DNA of 64,000 nt from the human T2T-CHM13v2.0 reference genome, Homo sapiens (GCF_009914755.1 NC_060943.1); one strand, 5' to 3'; counted from the first letter of the stretch, positions 1 to 18,689 are shown. Notes: generated by a model not told the origin, from the letters alone. A program made the numbers and translations.

Positions 1-329
1 AAACTGGATTAAATCTCATTAGATCAAGGGAAATAACTCTGGATAGAGAAAACAGGAACCCTGTTTCTAGGGAAACTAATAATTTTTTGCCACCAGGCCT
101 GCTCAAAGAGAAATGATTAAGGAAGTTCGCACAAAAAGGAAATAACTAAAGGAAATATTACATCAGGAATGAAGAAAAAGGAACAGAAAGGGTAAATATA
201 TTATAAAATATAATATTCTTTTGAGTTTTAAACATTGGGTTTGCTGGTTGGAAGCAAAAGTTACAATTTTACTTGATATGGTTCTCAGTGGATGTAGAGA
301 TGCTTAATATCATTTTGTGTTAGGGGTGT

Positions 330-910
330 GTAAGTTGAGGCCATGATCATATACCACCACACACCTAATAGGAAAGCTAAAGCACACTGGCAATGCCAAG
401 AGCTAGAAAGGGCATGGAATGCTTACACATTGGTGGTGGGAATGTAAACTAGTACAGCCACTCTGGGAAAGAGTTTGGCCATTTCTTATAAAGTTAAACA
501 CATTTACCATATTCGCCAGCAGTCATGCCCCCAGTGTCTATCCCAAATATATAAAAACTTAACGTTCGCACAATATCGGGTACACAAATAGTCACAGCAT
601 CTTTATTTATAACAGCAAAACACTGGAAACAACCCAAATGTCCATCAACAGTGAATGGATACACAAACCCTGGTGCATCCATTTAAAAGAATACTAACTC
701 AGTAACAAAAATTAAAACTATTTAGACACCTAACAACTTGGATAGATCTTAAGGGTAATTTGCTGAGTGAACAAAGCCCTATCTCAAAGCTTGCGTACCT
801 TACGATTCCATTTTAATAGCATTCTTGAAATAACAAAATTAGGGTAATGGGATCAGTGGCTACCATGGGTCATATTGGGAGGACAGTGTGAGTATAAAGA
901 GGTAGCAAGA
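330..910 (+). mobile_element. Old L1M 3' end fragment
   Basis: tggtgggaatgtaaactagtacagccactctgg...ctggaaacaacccaaatgtccatcaacag. Confidence 0.75.
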
Positions 911-913
911 GGA

Positions 914-1192
914 GGCCAGGCGTGGTGGCTCATGCCTGTAATCCCAGCACTTTGGGAGGCTGAGGCGGGTGGACCGCCCGGGGTCGAGAGTTCAAGGCCA
1001 GCCTGGCCAACACAGTGAAACCCCGTCTCTACTAAAAATACAAAAATTAGTCGAGCGTGGTCGTGGGTGCCTGTAATCCCAGCTACTTAGGAGGCTGAGG
1101 CAGGAAAATCTCTTGAACCTGGGAGGCGGGGTTGCAGTGAGCCAAGATCGTGCTATTACACTCCAACCTGGGCAACAAGAGCAGAACTCCGT
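914..1192 (+). mobile_element. AluS
   Basis: Alu dimer consensus. Confidence 0.9.
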
Positions 1193-1633
1193 GGTTTTTA
1201 TTATTATGGTTATGTAAGATAACATTGATGATGCTAAGCAAAGAATACTCAGGAAACTTTTGTATATTTTGTAATCTCTTGTGAATCTAGAATTATTTCA
1301 AAACAAATTTTAGAAAAATAACATTTAAGGCATTTTTGTAAACTACATAATGGTACCTAGTAACTTGGATAAACACATCCAAATATACTGAATTACATTT
1401 ATCAGTAAATTGAAAAAAATAAATTTGGGGCCTATAATATGTAAGAACTAATAAATAACACCAGATTGGCACAGAAAACACCTGTGTTATATATAGGATT
1501 AAAATTTAATCAGTGATAAGAACAGCCCGCTTTACAATTATGGAATCATTGATAATATGATGCAAGGTATGCTGTCACAGAATAGATATCAAGTGTATCA
1601 TGAGTTTAGATTTGTGACAGTCCTCAAATATGG

Positions 1634-1949
<316 letters not shown>

Positions 1950-2917
1950 TGAGACTTTTTTACTTCATGAATTTCCTGATCCTTTTTAAAGTTACTCTTC
2001 ATATAAGTTTTATTTCTGTATGAAGTAATGATGATGAGGCAGCATGTATCACTGAAATCCTCGTGTATTCACTGCCATCTGAAACTTGTTCTCCAGTATG
2101 AAATATATCTGCCAACTGTTAAGGTTTTATTTCTGGGCAAAGGCTTTCCCATGATAATGCTGCTAGTATGTGTAAGTTCATTGATGATCTATTATGATCA
2201 CTGAAGAGATAGGGTCTTTCTTCCCATAGAAGGCTTTCCTAGCCTACTCCTTTGTAAGATTTATCTCAGTAAATACTTTTCAAGACATAGTTACTTAGAA
2301 AATTTTCAAGACTTTTCTGCATTGGATGTATCAAGTTTATTTCCTACATGTTTATTGTGACATAAAATATGAGGTAATTAATCACCGAAGGCACTAGTGC
2401 ATTCTCTGCATTCATTAAAATTCGCTCCTGGAAATTGCATTGTCTTCCAAGGGTGAAAATCTAGCAACAGGCTGCTCTACACTGCCTATATGCATGTATG
2501 CTAGGAGCACACTGCTGTTTAATCAGTTCACATTACTAACGTGGTTTTCTCTCTGCATGAATTTGTTTGTATGTAATCAGTTCAGATTCTCTGCAAAAGG
2601 ACTATGTACCTTACACATTTGTCATGTGGACGTTGTCATAGTTTTAATGAAGGTTGACAAATGAAAGGTTACCCCCAATCCACAGACTCTCTCTCAGATG
2701 AGTAATTTTCTATACATTGGTACATCAAAGAATTCAGAGCCTGAATTCATGTTGAAGCCTTTCTGACATTGATAGCATTCATCCTAGTGAATAACACTGG
2801 ATTTTGAAATATGATTTTTCATACTCAGTACACATGTAGAAAATCTATACTGTGAAATCTCTGATGTTGTACAAGGCAGATTTTCTTCCCAAAGGCATGA
2901 ACATGTCCACTGCATTG
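1950..2917 (-). pseudogene. Degenerate zinc-finger remnants in the ZNF432 3' UTR
   Basis: After KP-stop the frame continues QCSGHVHAFGKKICLVQHQRFH; also LITYKQIHAERKP (~2545-2580) and HTGEQ (~2086-2100). Confidence 0.75.
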
Positions 2918-5070
<2,153 letters not shown>

Positions 5071-5349
5071 TAATAGTATAAAAGCAACTTCATGTATACA
5101 CTTTGGTAAAAACATAATAATATAAACAAACCAAAAAGTAAAAGCAGTCTGTGTGCAAATAAGGTGAGGCAGTTGACAATCTATATCGATTTGACAGCTT
5201 TCTAAACAGGACCTTGCAAAACATGCGGACACAGTAAAATACAAGCAAGTCATTATTACAAGCAAACAACAGGGCTTGGAGGAACACCATTCCACAAAAT
5301 TTTGGGAGACACCAGACCACAAAGGTGGAAAAGGCAACTGATTCACAAT

Positions 5350-5860
5350 TCTGAGGGTTGTATTTATTCACTCCACTAGTTATTTGTCAAATGACTCCTA
5401 TGGACAAGGCACTCTGCTGGCATTTGGGATACACAAAATATGCCTTCTTTTCACTCATGCTGAATTCTAATTAGGAAAAACAATACGAAGGAACAAAAAA
5501 AGAAGGGAGTTGGTGATGTTAAGTGTGGTTTGATGGAGCAGTGTAGATGATGAGAGTTGGAGAAAAGCAGGATATTTTTGTATAAAGAAAAGACAAGGTT
5601 AAATGATGAATTCAATGGGGAGAGTGAGGAAAGTGAGGGCTCAAAGATTACTAACTATATGGCTTGAGCCACTGGGTAGATGACAGCATCTGATAATGAG
5701 ATGGCAAATATTACTGCAGTCCAGCACATGTAAAGTATATACTGTGAAACACACTTTGAAATGGTTATCAAATATGTAACACAGACATCAAGAATCTGGT
5801 TGGAGGTATAAATGGAGAAGGCAGCATGGAAATAATCAGTACATACATATTATTTGAGAA
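5350..5860. mobile_element. L2 fragments
   Basis: ttattcactc...caaggcactctgctggcatttgggatac; ggcttgagccactgggtagatg. Confidence 0.5.
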
Positions 5861-5871
5861 AAAAGGACTGA

Positions 5872-6169
<298 letters not shown>

Positions 6170-6712
6170 GGATACCATGTTGAGAAGACATGTAGAATGA
6201 AAGATGAAGGTACAGAACCAAGGTTGTAGACATTCCAACATGTGGTTTTGGGATTATTTAAGCCCTGTTAGAGGAACCAAACTGTGAATACAAAGATCAG
6301 GGTAATATGCTTACTGAGATATATAGAATAAATACATTCACGTACATGTTGCCTGGCAAGTAAGAATTGGAAATCTCCATCTGTTGAAATTAAGTCAACT
6401 GAGATAGACTCTTGTGTGGTAATTGTTACTAAATTTGCCCCTCTTCAATCTGTAGACTACCATCTAACTTTCCAAAAACATCCATCACGTTTAATGAACA
6501 ACTCCTATAGTCAACACTCCACCCTTTGGTTTAGCTGTGTTGCGTTATCATATGTTTCATTAATTATGAAACAGGAAAACAATGATAGGGAATTTTGCAA
6601 CTGGCCAGTGTACCATGTAGTTGCCTTCAGAAGAAAATGTGCTGCTGCATGGGATATGAAAACTGTCATTTTCTTCAATCACATTCTGCATGCAGTAGAA
6701 AAGTCGTATCAA

Positions 6713-7008
<296 letters not shown>

Positions 7009-7496
7009 TCATATCCAATTTTTCCCATTTCAATGTCCCTGATACACTGTTTCCTCATCTGCCACCAATAACATCTACTTCAGTAAGCTACATTTATGTC
7101 TCAGCATCAGTTAAGTTGTACTAAAGGATAAACTTCTTCTAGACAAAGGTTGTGGCATCTTCACCTTCAGTTTTTCTTAAGATATTTAGCTGTTTCTTAT
7201 TATTGCTACACTGCTGTCATCCAAGTGAAAGGTCAAGACTAGCAACATATTTTATGAAAAGACAAAAATATAAAATTAACCAACCCTCAACCATGCTACC
7301 TCAATTACTCATATATACAATCAAAAGTCATCTTGATAAAAAAAAGTTTACATTACCATGAATATTACCATGTTTCTGCTCCACGATTTCTCCAACAAGC
7401 AGCTTCTATCACTGACCTGTATTTGGCCAACTTGAAGCCAATCTTTTGATAGTCAGGCCCATGGCCTTGCACAATTTCTATTTCATGCCTTCATTC

Positions 7497-7788
<292 letters not shown>

Positions 7789-7951
7789 ATGCCTTCATTC
7801 TTAATTCATGTCACCATCTTCCTAATTCAAAATCTAGATATGCCTTGTGCACATCATACTCTTGCTGCAATTCTGACTATCCTGCCATATGCTCTATGTT
7901 CTCTGTATTCCTTAATTAACCCCTTTATTGTTAATTTTTATGGTAATCTTC

Positions 7952-8392
7952 TGTGTAGTGAGGATCTAGCTCTAACCTCATCCAAACAGAGATCTAGCAT
8001 TTGTTCTTAGCTATTAGGAAATGATCTCTAGGCCCCTGGAATGTCCTGGCCCATAGGAGTGTCTTTGTTTGCCTGGTGGCTTTAGCCACTGGACAGTTTA
8101 ACAATATGATTTGTGATAGGGGCTTTGGCCCATGCCATATCACTTCCAGCCTTTGGAAAAACTGGACACTCTAGGTATTAGCCTGACTTCCAGGAGAGGC
8201 TGAAGACTAAAAGTCAGCCATGTGGGCTGTATGTGACTGAAACCTAATCAAAACTCTGGCCACCAAAGGCTCAAGTGAACTTCCCTAGTTGTCAATACTC
8301 TGTACTGTCACACACTGTGTGGCTGGGAAGAGATGTAACATCCACAGTGAGAGGAGGACCAGAGAAGTACTGTACTTGGACCCCCTCCTGGA
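7952..8392 (+). mobile_element. MER21/MER77-group LTR fragment
   Basis: ggaatgtcctggcccataggagtgtctttgtttgcctgg...aacaatatgatttgtgataggggg resembles the consensus as recalled. Confidence 0.55.
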
Positions 8393-8394
8393 CT

Positions 8395-9256
<862 letters not shown>

Positions 9257-9685
9257 CTATAATGGGAAAAACACATTAGGGAAATGAATACAATGCTACC
9301 GTCTAAGATGAACTAAAGGAAAAGTAGAAATCAAATGTACAAAGGAAGTACTCTGAGACAGACATAAGTTATGACCTGGTTTGGTCTAGAACTGATGTAG
9401 GACATAAAACAGTCCTTTCTAGGTAAACAGTAAACAAAAATAGTAGAGACTTTTAAGAAGAGAACTCCATAGGTAGAGGACATTCAATACAACACCAGCA
9501 CAGACAGGACAGATGTATGGTACTAAAGGAGAATGCAACCTTAAAATAAGATGGGAAGGGTTTCTTGTGGAGGGAAAACGATTCCCATTCCTAATGTAGG
9601 CACTGCTTCTGTGTCCTCAGACACCCACAGAGCCTTCTTTCACTGACTATAATATTACTTACGCATCTTGCTGCTTCTCACATAC

Positions 9686-9781
9686 CTGGACAGATTCGAC
9701 TGTGCCTTTCATCTTCCATTGTCCATGGTTCTTCTCCTCGTTCCAACTTGGAGAGTGCATCTGGTTTGCTGACTTGATAAC
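9686..9781 (-). CDS. ZNF432: ZNF432 KRAB-B exon (GYQVSKPDALSKLERGEEPWTMEDERHSRICP)
   Basis: 96-bp exon, aaacag|GTTAT ... TCCAG|gtatgt; KLE-GEEPW motif; phases join in frame. Confidence 0.93.
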
Positions 9782-9918
9782 CTGTTTACGGGAAATAATA
9801 GAAGACAGACACACTGGATTGGGCTGGGGTATGTAATGTGAGAGAATGTTACATTTAAGTAACTAGACAGTTTTCACATCTGAAAGTAGAGGCTTCTCTC
9901 TCAGGAAAGGGCAGATTA

Positions 9919-10537
9919 CAGTCAGACCTTAATATCTGAAAATTTCACATCCAGGGATTCAACCAACCATGGATTGAAAATATTTTTTAAAAAACAATAA
10001 AAAATACAATAATAAAAAAAAATACAAAGTGCAGTGGCTCTTGCCTATAATCCGAGCACTATGGGAGGCTGACATGAAACCAACATTTGAAGCCAGGAGT
10101 GGGAGACCAGCCTGGGCAACATAGACTCCATCTCTACAAAAAAAAAAAAAAATTAGCCAAGCATGGTGGTTTGCACCTGTAGGCATAGTTCCTCAGGAGG
10201 CTGAGGCAGGAGGAACACTTGAACCCAGTTCAAGGCTGCAGCGAGCCATGAAGGCACCACTACATTCCAGCCTGAGTGAAAGACCGAGACACTGTCTCTA
10301 AAGAAAAAATAAATAAATAAATTAATTAAAACATATAGTATAACAACTATGTACATAGCATTTACATTGTATTAAGTATCAGGCATAATTTGGAGATGAT
10401 TTAAAGTATTCAGGAGGAGGTGTGTGTAGGTTATATGCAAATACAATGCCATTTTATATGAGACTTGAGCATCTGTGGATTTCATATCCATGGAAAGTTG
10501 TGAAACCAATCCCTCTTGGACACTGAGGGGTGACGGT
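9919..10537 (-). mobile_element. MER2 (TcMar-Tigger), split by an Alu
   Basis: TA-flanked TIR-like ends; catagcatttacattgtatta...gttatatgcaaatac core. Confidence 0.8.
10029..10322 (+). mobile_element. AluJ inside MER2
   Basis: Diverged Alu. Confidence 0.82.
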
Positions 10538-10585
10538 ATATCCTTTTATCAGAAGCCAGAGGATGTGCCAAAAATCTAATATTCA

Positions 10586-10891
<306 letters not shown>

Positions 10892-11465
10892 TTAAACATA
10901 TAGACTGCATCCATCTATAAGTCTATTGTATTTTTTAATATTGCCAGAGAATCTCCAAGTATTCTATAATTGCACAGTGCCCCATTTGCTCAACAAAAAT
11001 TAAGGTTTTATATCAAATCCTCTCAGTAAAAGCGGGTTTTATGTATAAATTTTAATTTTGGTATCTATTGACCAGTCAAGAAAGTATATGCTACTGACAT
11101 CTAGATATCTGATATAAATTGTTTCATTCACTGTTAAGCCTTCCCAGCTAATACTAGCATAAGACATAGAGAGACTTCAGATGCTAGAACCACAGGATAC
11201 TACATTCATGTTTAATTGTTAAATGGATTAAAAAATAGAAATGTACAGAAAACATGAGAAACTATTAAAGAGTAACCAAATTGGGAAAACTTATTCTTGG
11301 AAACATACATTAAATATATATGTATGCACACATACATATAAATATATGTTTATGTATATATACGTATACAGTCACAGGTATATGTGTCTATTAACAGAAA
11401 GGTTATATTAAATACACTGAAGAGATAATTAGTGAGTTGGAATTCACAGTAAAAAAAATAACAGG

Positions 11466-11752
<287 letters not shown>

Positions 11753-12329
11753 TTAAAATAACTGAAAAATGAAGCAGAGACACAAAGTGACAGAAAGTAT
11801 GAAGGAGACTTTACTAAATATGGAAGACAGAGTGAGGCCTAACATATGCCTATACATAGTTTTTGAAATATTATATTCAAATAAGAGAAGCAATTTCCAA
11901 ATATCTGACTGAGAAATTTTCAGAACTGATTAAATATCCTATAACTCAAATTTAATAAATCAACAAAGCCAAGCAGAAAATCTGCATCTAGACACATCAG
12001 ACTGAAACTATTGAACATCAGATGCACATATAACATTATGCAAACAACTGTTAATAGAAGGAAAAGATGCATTACCATCAAAAGAAAAATAAAATGTCCT
12101 AACAACTGACTTCCACAGAAACAAAAGAAGCAAGAAAAGTGCAGAATAATGTCTTCAATGTCCTGATTCTGTGGCAATTGGCAAATTGTATGGTATGGCC
12201 TAGCCCTGAATGCCACTGGAAAATAAATTGAGACCCTCTTGTCAACTAAACTGCCACTCTCCTGTCTCAACATGACTTATAATCACATGGTAGTAGGAAC
12301 TTGAGGCAGGAAAGAGCTAGGTGCAAATT

Positions 12330-13298
12330 TGTGGGGAAAAGCAAGAGAGATCAGATTGTTACTGTGTCTGTACAGAAAGAAGTAGACATAGGAGACTCCA
12401 TTTTGTTCTGTACTAAGAAAAATTCTTCTGCCTTGAGATTCTGTTAATCTATGACCTTACCCCCAACCCCGTGCTCTCGGAAACATGTGCTGTGTCAAAC
12501 TCAGGGTTAAATGGATTAAGGGCGGTGCAAGATGTGCTTTGTTAAACAGATGCTTAAAGGCAGCATGCTCCTTAAGAGTCATCACCACTCCCTAATCTCA
12601 AGTACCCAGGGACACAAACACTGCGGAAGGCCGCAGGGACCTCTGCCTAGGAAAGCCAGGTATTGTCCAAGGTTTCTCCCCATGTGATAGTCTGAAATAT
12701 GGCCTCGTGGGAAGGGAAAGACCTGACCGTCCCCCAGCCCGACACCCGTAAAGGGTCTGTGCTGAGGAGGATTAGTATAAGAGGAAGGCATGCCTCTTGC
12801 AGTTGAGACAAGAGGAAGGCATCTGTCTCCTGCCCGTCCCTGGGCAATGGAATGTCTCGGTATAAAACCCGATTGTATGCTCCATCTACTGAGATAGGGG
12901 AAAACCGCCTTAGGGCTGGAGGTGGGACATTCGGGCAGCAATACTGCTTTGTAAAGCACTGAGATGTTTATGTGTATGCGTATCTAAAAGCACAGCACTT
13001 AATCCTTTACCTTGTCTATGATGCAAAGACCTTTGTTCACGTGTTTGTCTGCTGACCCTCTCCCCACTATTGTCTTGTGACCCTGCCACATCCCCCTCTC
13101 GGAGAAACACCCATGAATGATCAATAAATACTAAGGGAACTCAGAGGCTGGCGGGATCCTCCATATGCTGAACGCTGGTTCCCCGGGTCCCCTTATTTCT
13201 TTCTCTATACTTTGTCTCTGTGTCTTTTTCTTTTCCAAGTCTCTCGTTCCACCTTACGAGAAACACCCACAAGTGTGGAGGGGCAACCCACCCCTTCA
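12330..13298 (+). mobile_element. HERV-K(HML-2) solo LTR, LTR5_Hs type
   Basis: 969 bp, TGTGGGGAAAAGCAAGAGAGATCAG...CCCCTTCA; perfect TSD CAAATT; TATAAA 12861, AATAAA 13123. Confidence 0.93.
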
Positions 13299-14110
13299 CA
13301 AATTGATGGGATAATCTATCCCCATATAATCACAGAGATTAATACACAGAGAAAAGAACAGACTTGCTGAAGTCTGCAAATTCTTAATGCTGCTGATCTC
13401 ATCACATTCGGGAATTATTTCACACGAGAAATAAATCTGTTTGAAAAAAAATGTAGGTTTCTACCTAATTTCATACTCAAAAATAAGTTTTTCCTGTTTA
13501 AAGTCCTTACCAGAAAGCAAAAGAACCTGTGGAAGCAGAAGCAAATACGAAATATATTCATGTTAAAAGCCATAAAGGAAAAAAAAGGGACAAATTTTAT
13601 GAGAAAAAAAATTTAATTTCTACATTGAAAAACAGATCATAAACAAAGCTGAAAGAAAAATGACAGGCTAAAAAAAACTTTGCAATAAACAAAAGATCAA
13701 TATATAGTAGATATAAGCAACTCATTAGCCAGTAAGAAAAAAGTTTTTTTAATGTAAAAATCATAAAGTCAGGCATTTCACAAGAGAAAAAAATCCAGTT
13801 GGCCAAGAAATACACAAGAAGGCTTTCAACCTCACCTGTGATGAGGAAAATGCAAAATAAGACAAAAGAATATTGGATCATTGAAAATTGTATAATTTGA
13901 TAATGTCATATTTTTAAGTATTGGCAAAGATTTAAGGCACAAAGGACTCCATGTATCAGTTTCTATGTGGCAGGCACTCATCTAAATACTTTACATAGTT
14001 TAACAATGTTTTCATGTATGACTTTAGACAAATGGAATTTTATACAGTCAATATTCTTCAATTAATTGCAGTGATTATTCCTTTATATTCTAAAACTACA
14101 CCACCTAAGG

Positions 14111-14316
14111 TAGGGGTGTCCAATCTTTTGGCTTCCCTGGGCCACACTGGAAGAAGAAATGCGTTGGGCCATGCATAAAATACACTAACACTAACGATAG
14201 CTGGAAAAAAATGCAAAAAATTCTCATTATAAGAAAATTTACAAATTTGTGTTGGGCCACATTCAAAGCCATCCTGAGCTGCATGCAGCCCACAGGCCAC
14301 AGGTTGTACAAGCTTG
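14111..14316 (+). mobile_element. MER30 (hAT-Charlie)
   Basis: AGGGGTGTCCAATCTTTTGGCTTCCCTGGGCCAC...ACAAGCTTG; 8-bp TSD ACCTAAGG/ATCTAAGG. Confidence 0.88.
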
Positions 14317-14507
14317 ATCTAAGGTGACCAACAGGTGGAATGTGATTCCACTGAAGCAAAAGAAGTCATAATAAATGTGTTTATATATGCAGACACATAC
14401 ATAAAACACATGGATTTATAAATACACATATATACAGAGATGCACACATTTCAGTGACAGCAAGTATGTGCTACCAAACATTTGTTGAAGCAGTATAAGA
14501 GGATTAG

Positions 14508-14852
<345 letters not shown>

Positions 14853-14910
14853 CGGAAATTTACTTTTTTAACCAGTGTGTACTTCATCATCAGAATTTAT
14901 TTCCCTGTGA

Positions 14911-15224
14911 GGCCAGGTGCAGTGGCTCACGCCTGTAATCCCAGCACTTTGGGAGGCCGAGGCGGGTGGATCACCTGAGGTCAGGAGTTCGAGACCAGCC
15001 TGGCCAAGATGGCAAAACCCCATCTCTACTAAAAATACAAAAACTAGCCAGGCATGCAAGTGCACACCTGTAATCCCAGCTACTCAGGAAGCTGAGGCAG
15101 AAGAATCCCTTGAACCCAGGACGTGGAGGTTGCAGTAAGCCAAGATCACGCACTGCACTCCGGCTTGGGCAACAGAGTGAGATTCCATCTCAAAAAACAA
15201 AAACCAAAAAAAAAAAAAAAAAAA
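14911..15224 (+). mobile_element. AluSx-like
   Basis: Alu with A-tail. Confidence 0.9.
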
Positions 15225-16051
15225 GAATTTTTTCCCTTTGGATTCCATGAGTAATTTATGTAATTACAAAAAATAAAAGCAATATAAGTATGCAAGAATT
15301 GGAGGTGAAAATGCAGAAGGATATTGTATATTCTGAGATGAGGTGAAGTTATCAAACATGGCACCCAACGACTCAAGACCTTATCAGACAACTCCCTAAT
15401 GCCAAATCTGCAGTTAATGCCAGTTCAGCCACATGTTCAGGAAAATGGAAGCTATGCACACCTTCCATTTTCCTAGGTCACTTAGATTTTATTCCTAAAT
15501 AAGCTCACACAGACACGCAAGACTTGAGTGTGTGGCCTTGCTTTCGTCCCCTAAAAAAACTGTTTCCACTGAGTTTGCCTGGTCTATTTCCATAGGAGTC
15601 TCTGAGGAACCGTGTAATAAACAGCAGTAAGAAATCTTCTGCCTTTATTAGAAAGCTAGTTCAAAACACTGTTCACCATATCACCTCTGGGAAGAATAGC
15701 AAATTTTTCTTGAGATCTAAGTGCCATGAAATAATAATCTCCTGAGGAACCTGTCTGCTTTCTCCCCACAGTCACTGTATAACTTAGTGTGACTTTCTTG
15801 TACTGGCTGTCAGAGACATCAGATGCAAACTGAGAGCTAAGGTAATGGAAAGGATCTTCTAGTCAGGCATTATTTTCCAACATCAGTCATTTTGTAGGAA
15901 TCACATAAACACTATATTCCTGATCTTACTTTGCCATGATGTTGGAGTTAGATTTAAAGTTTATTTCTCTCTAGATTCTGAAATGATTTCTTACGGGTCT
16001 CTACAAATCCACTATGGAATAAAGGAGAGAATAAAATAGAGAAAAAGTCAC

Positions 16052-16066
16052 CTGGGCATTGATCAT
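16052..16066 (-). CDS. ZNF432: ZNF432 start-codon segment (MINAQ); host exon extends to ~16251 or 16258
   Basis: gaaaATGATCAATGCCCAG|gtgact; phase 0 joins KRAB-A; tandem acceptors ctcttcag/tccacag. Confidence 0.88.
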
Positions 16067-16567
16067 TTTCTTCTGTTGTGGGAAATGGCCAGCACCTGGG
16101 ATACTCTGTCTTTGTCTCCTCTGGATCTGCCTTAAATTTCTATTTAGAAACTTCAGTCACCAGTGAAGGGTGTCCACAGAAATCATATCTAGGTCCTGGA
16201 ATCTTCCTCTTTCTTCATTTACTTCTTGTCTCTTCCCAGGGTAGCCAGGACCTGTGGACTGAAGAGCAAAACAACTTTCAGGGGTACATTCACCTTAACA
16301 CGTGGCCCTGAATATTTGTCTCTTTATTTGGTTCTCTCAAACCAAGGAAACACAAGACCCTCAATGTAGGCCAAATGCCTTTCTTCGGTGAAGTGTGGAA
16401 GTAACATGAAGATGAAAGGGGAGGTCACAAAGGAGAATCCACATAGCATCATGCCTAAGCAGTAGGTAATTCTCATATCAGTTTTTTAAATCAGGCCATA
16501 TGGATGGTGAGAAACTACATTTTTTCCTTTATACAATGTTACTCTCACACCTCTTTAAAAGTCTTTA

Positions 16568-16885
<318 letters not shown>

Positions 16886-17325
16886 TGTTTATATACACAC
16901 TTCAATATGAAGAACAAGAAACACATAGAAAAAAAGAGGGAGACAGAGAAAAGGAATACGAGTTATAAATACAAATTTAGAAAACAATTCAAAAATATAA
17001 ATACTGGGAAAATAGCCGCCTTTATATACTAACATACAAAACCTGAAACACCCATAAAAATATGCAGTACATTTGCAAGAGGAAGGATAAAAATAGGCTC
17101 TTGTTAATTTGTGCGCAGTAATTTAAAAACATAATGTTAAATAGAAAGCCTATTCATCCGCCCCCCTTCACCCCCAAAAAACTTTCATTTTCTGCAGGTT
17201 CAAGAGCATGGGTTGTTGTGGAAAGCCAGAGGATTAGAAAACTCATTGTGGAGGAGGTACTCGGACCTGAAACTTTTAGGAAATGTTAACGTTCATCAAG
17301 TCTGTTCCAGCCAAAGTTTGAGCTC

Positions 17326-17326
<1 letters not shown>

Positions 17327-17402
<76 letters not shown>
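17327..17402. repeat. Perfect (AC)38 microsatellite
   Basis: 76 bp uninterrupted. Confidence 0.97.
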
Positions 17403-17406
<4 letters not shown>

Positions 17407-17749
17407 CCAGCCAGGGCTCTTGTGAAAAGACTTCGGCTTTCACTTGTCTCTAGACAAAAGACCACCACCCCGCCAGATAAAATAGGAAAACCTGGAATAG
17501 ACACACACGTACACTGGATTCCCTTAATGATTCATCAATCACTAAGCCTCAGATTAATCCAGAATGTGAAACAGAAGTCACATTCGTTGACAAAAGCCAC
17601 CCCATCGATTCTCAATCACTGAGCCCCACTGGGGAGTGACCCGCGAGGACCACAATCCCTGACCTCAGTACTCTTGGTCGTTGATCTATTCAGGCCTTTA
17701 ATCACTGACCACCAGAGCCTCCATGAGGGACCCCAAAGATATCCTATCA

Positions 17750-18670
17750 CAGACACCCACCAGGGACTCCTACCAGCTCCCCTCCAAAAGGAAACACCCG
17801 CCCCCGCCTCCCCCAACCCCCGCGCTACCTCCACCATATAGCGCCACCAACAACGCAGACGCCCTCAGAAAGCTCCCTCCCACCACGTTTCCACGCCCTG
17901 ACCCACACACTGACCTGACTCTCCTTGGAATCGCCGCGACCTCTTAAAAGCTGAACTTACTTCCCTAAACTTCTTCCACTTCTGGGCCCCTCGCCCAACT
18001 CCCTCCCCCTCTAAACCTCCAGAGACGGTCAGCCGCGTTTCCATGGAGAGCGGAATGCGGCCTTCCGGCTTTTCCTCAGGAGGAGACGCGTCCGCGCCGG
18101 CGTCGCCTCGCCGCTCTGGGGGCGGCCATCTTTGAGTACGTGACGTACAGAAGGCACAGCGGCCGGGAGACGCGGTGGACGGAGGCCTCTTAAACTGTCC
18201 GATTTCCAGACACCTCAGCCCTGGCAGAAAATGGAGAGCTTATCAGAGGCTTGAGTTCACACAGGCAGACACGGCGTGGGGGTAAAGTCCTCTGAACAGA
18301 CACGGAACAGAAATAAGTTAGTCTTCTCCTCGCAGGGGACAGTGAACGGCGCAAACTTCTCAAAGGCCAGAACCCATTATTACCACAAAGGCGCGGCATC
18401 CCTTCTTAGCGGTTATGATGGCTGTGACGTCTCAGCTCAATGGAAAATTAAAGTCACCTCTGGGCACCTCAGTCACTATTGTAAATGCGAAGCGTTTTAG
18501 AAGCCGTATAAAAACTGAAGCAAGAGAGACTAGAACAAAAAATAAGCGAGCGGTGCGTTGCAGGTAACGGAGCCAGAGCCCTTAGGGGAGAGCATCATGG
18601 GGGCGGCCATCTTAGGGGACGTTCGGTGTCCGTACGGCAGAACATATTCTCTCTGAGAAGCTTGCGGTGG
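17750..18670 (-). promoter_or_regulatory. ZNF432: CpG-rich promoter and non-coding first exon of ZNF432
   Basis: Only non-repeat CpG-dense stretch in the window; YY1-like AAGATGGCCGCC twice, ETS CCGGAAG (~18062), TGACGT half-CREs (~18141, ~18425); donors GAA|GTAAGT (17960) and CAG|GTCAGT (17914). Confidence 0.85.
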
Positions 18671-18689
18671 AACTGGCCCATGGAAATGT

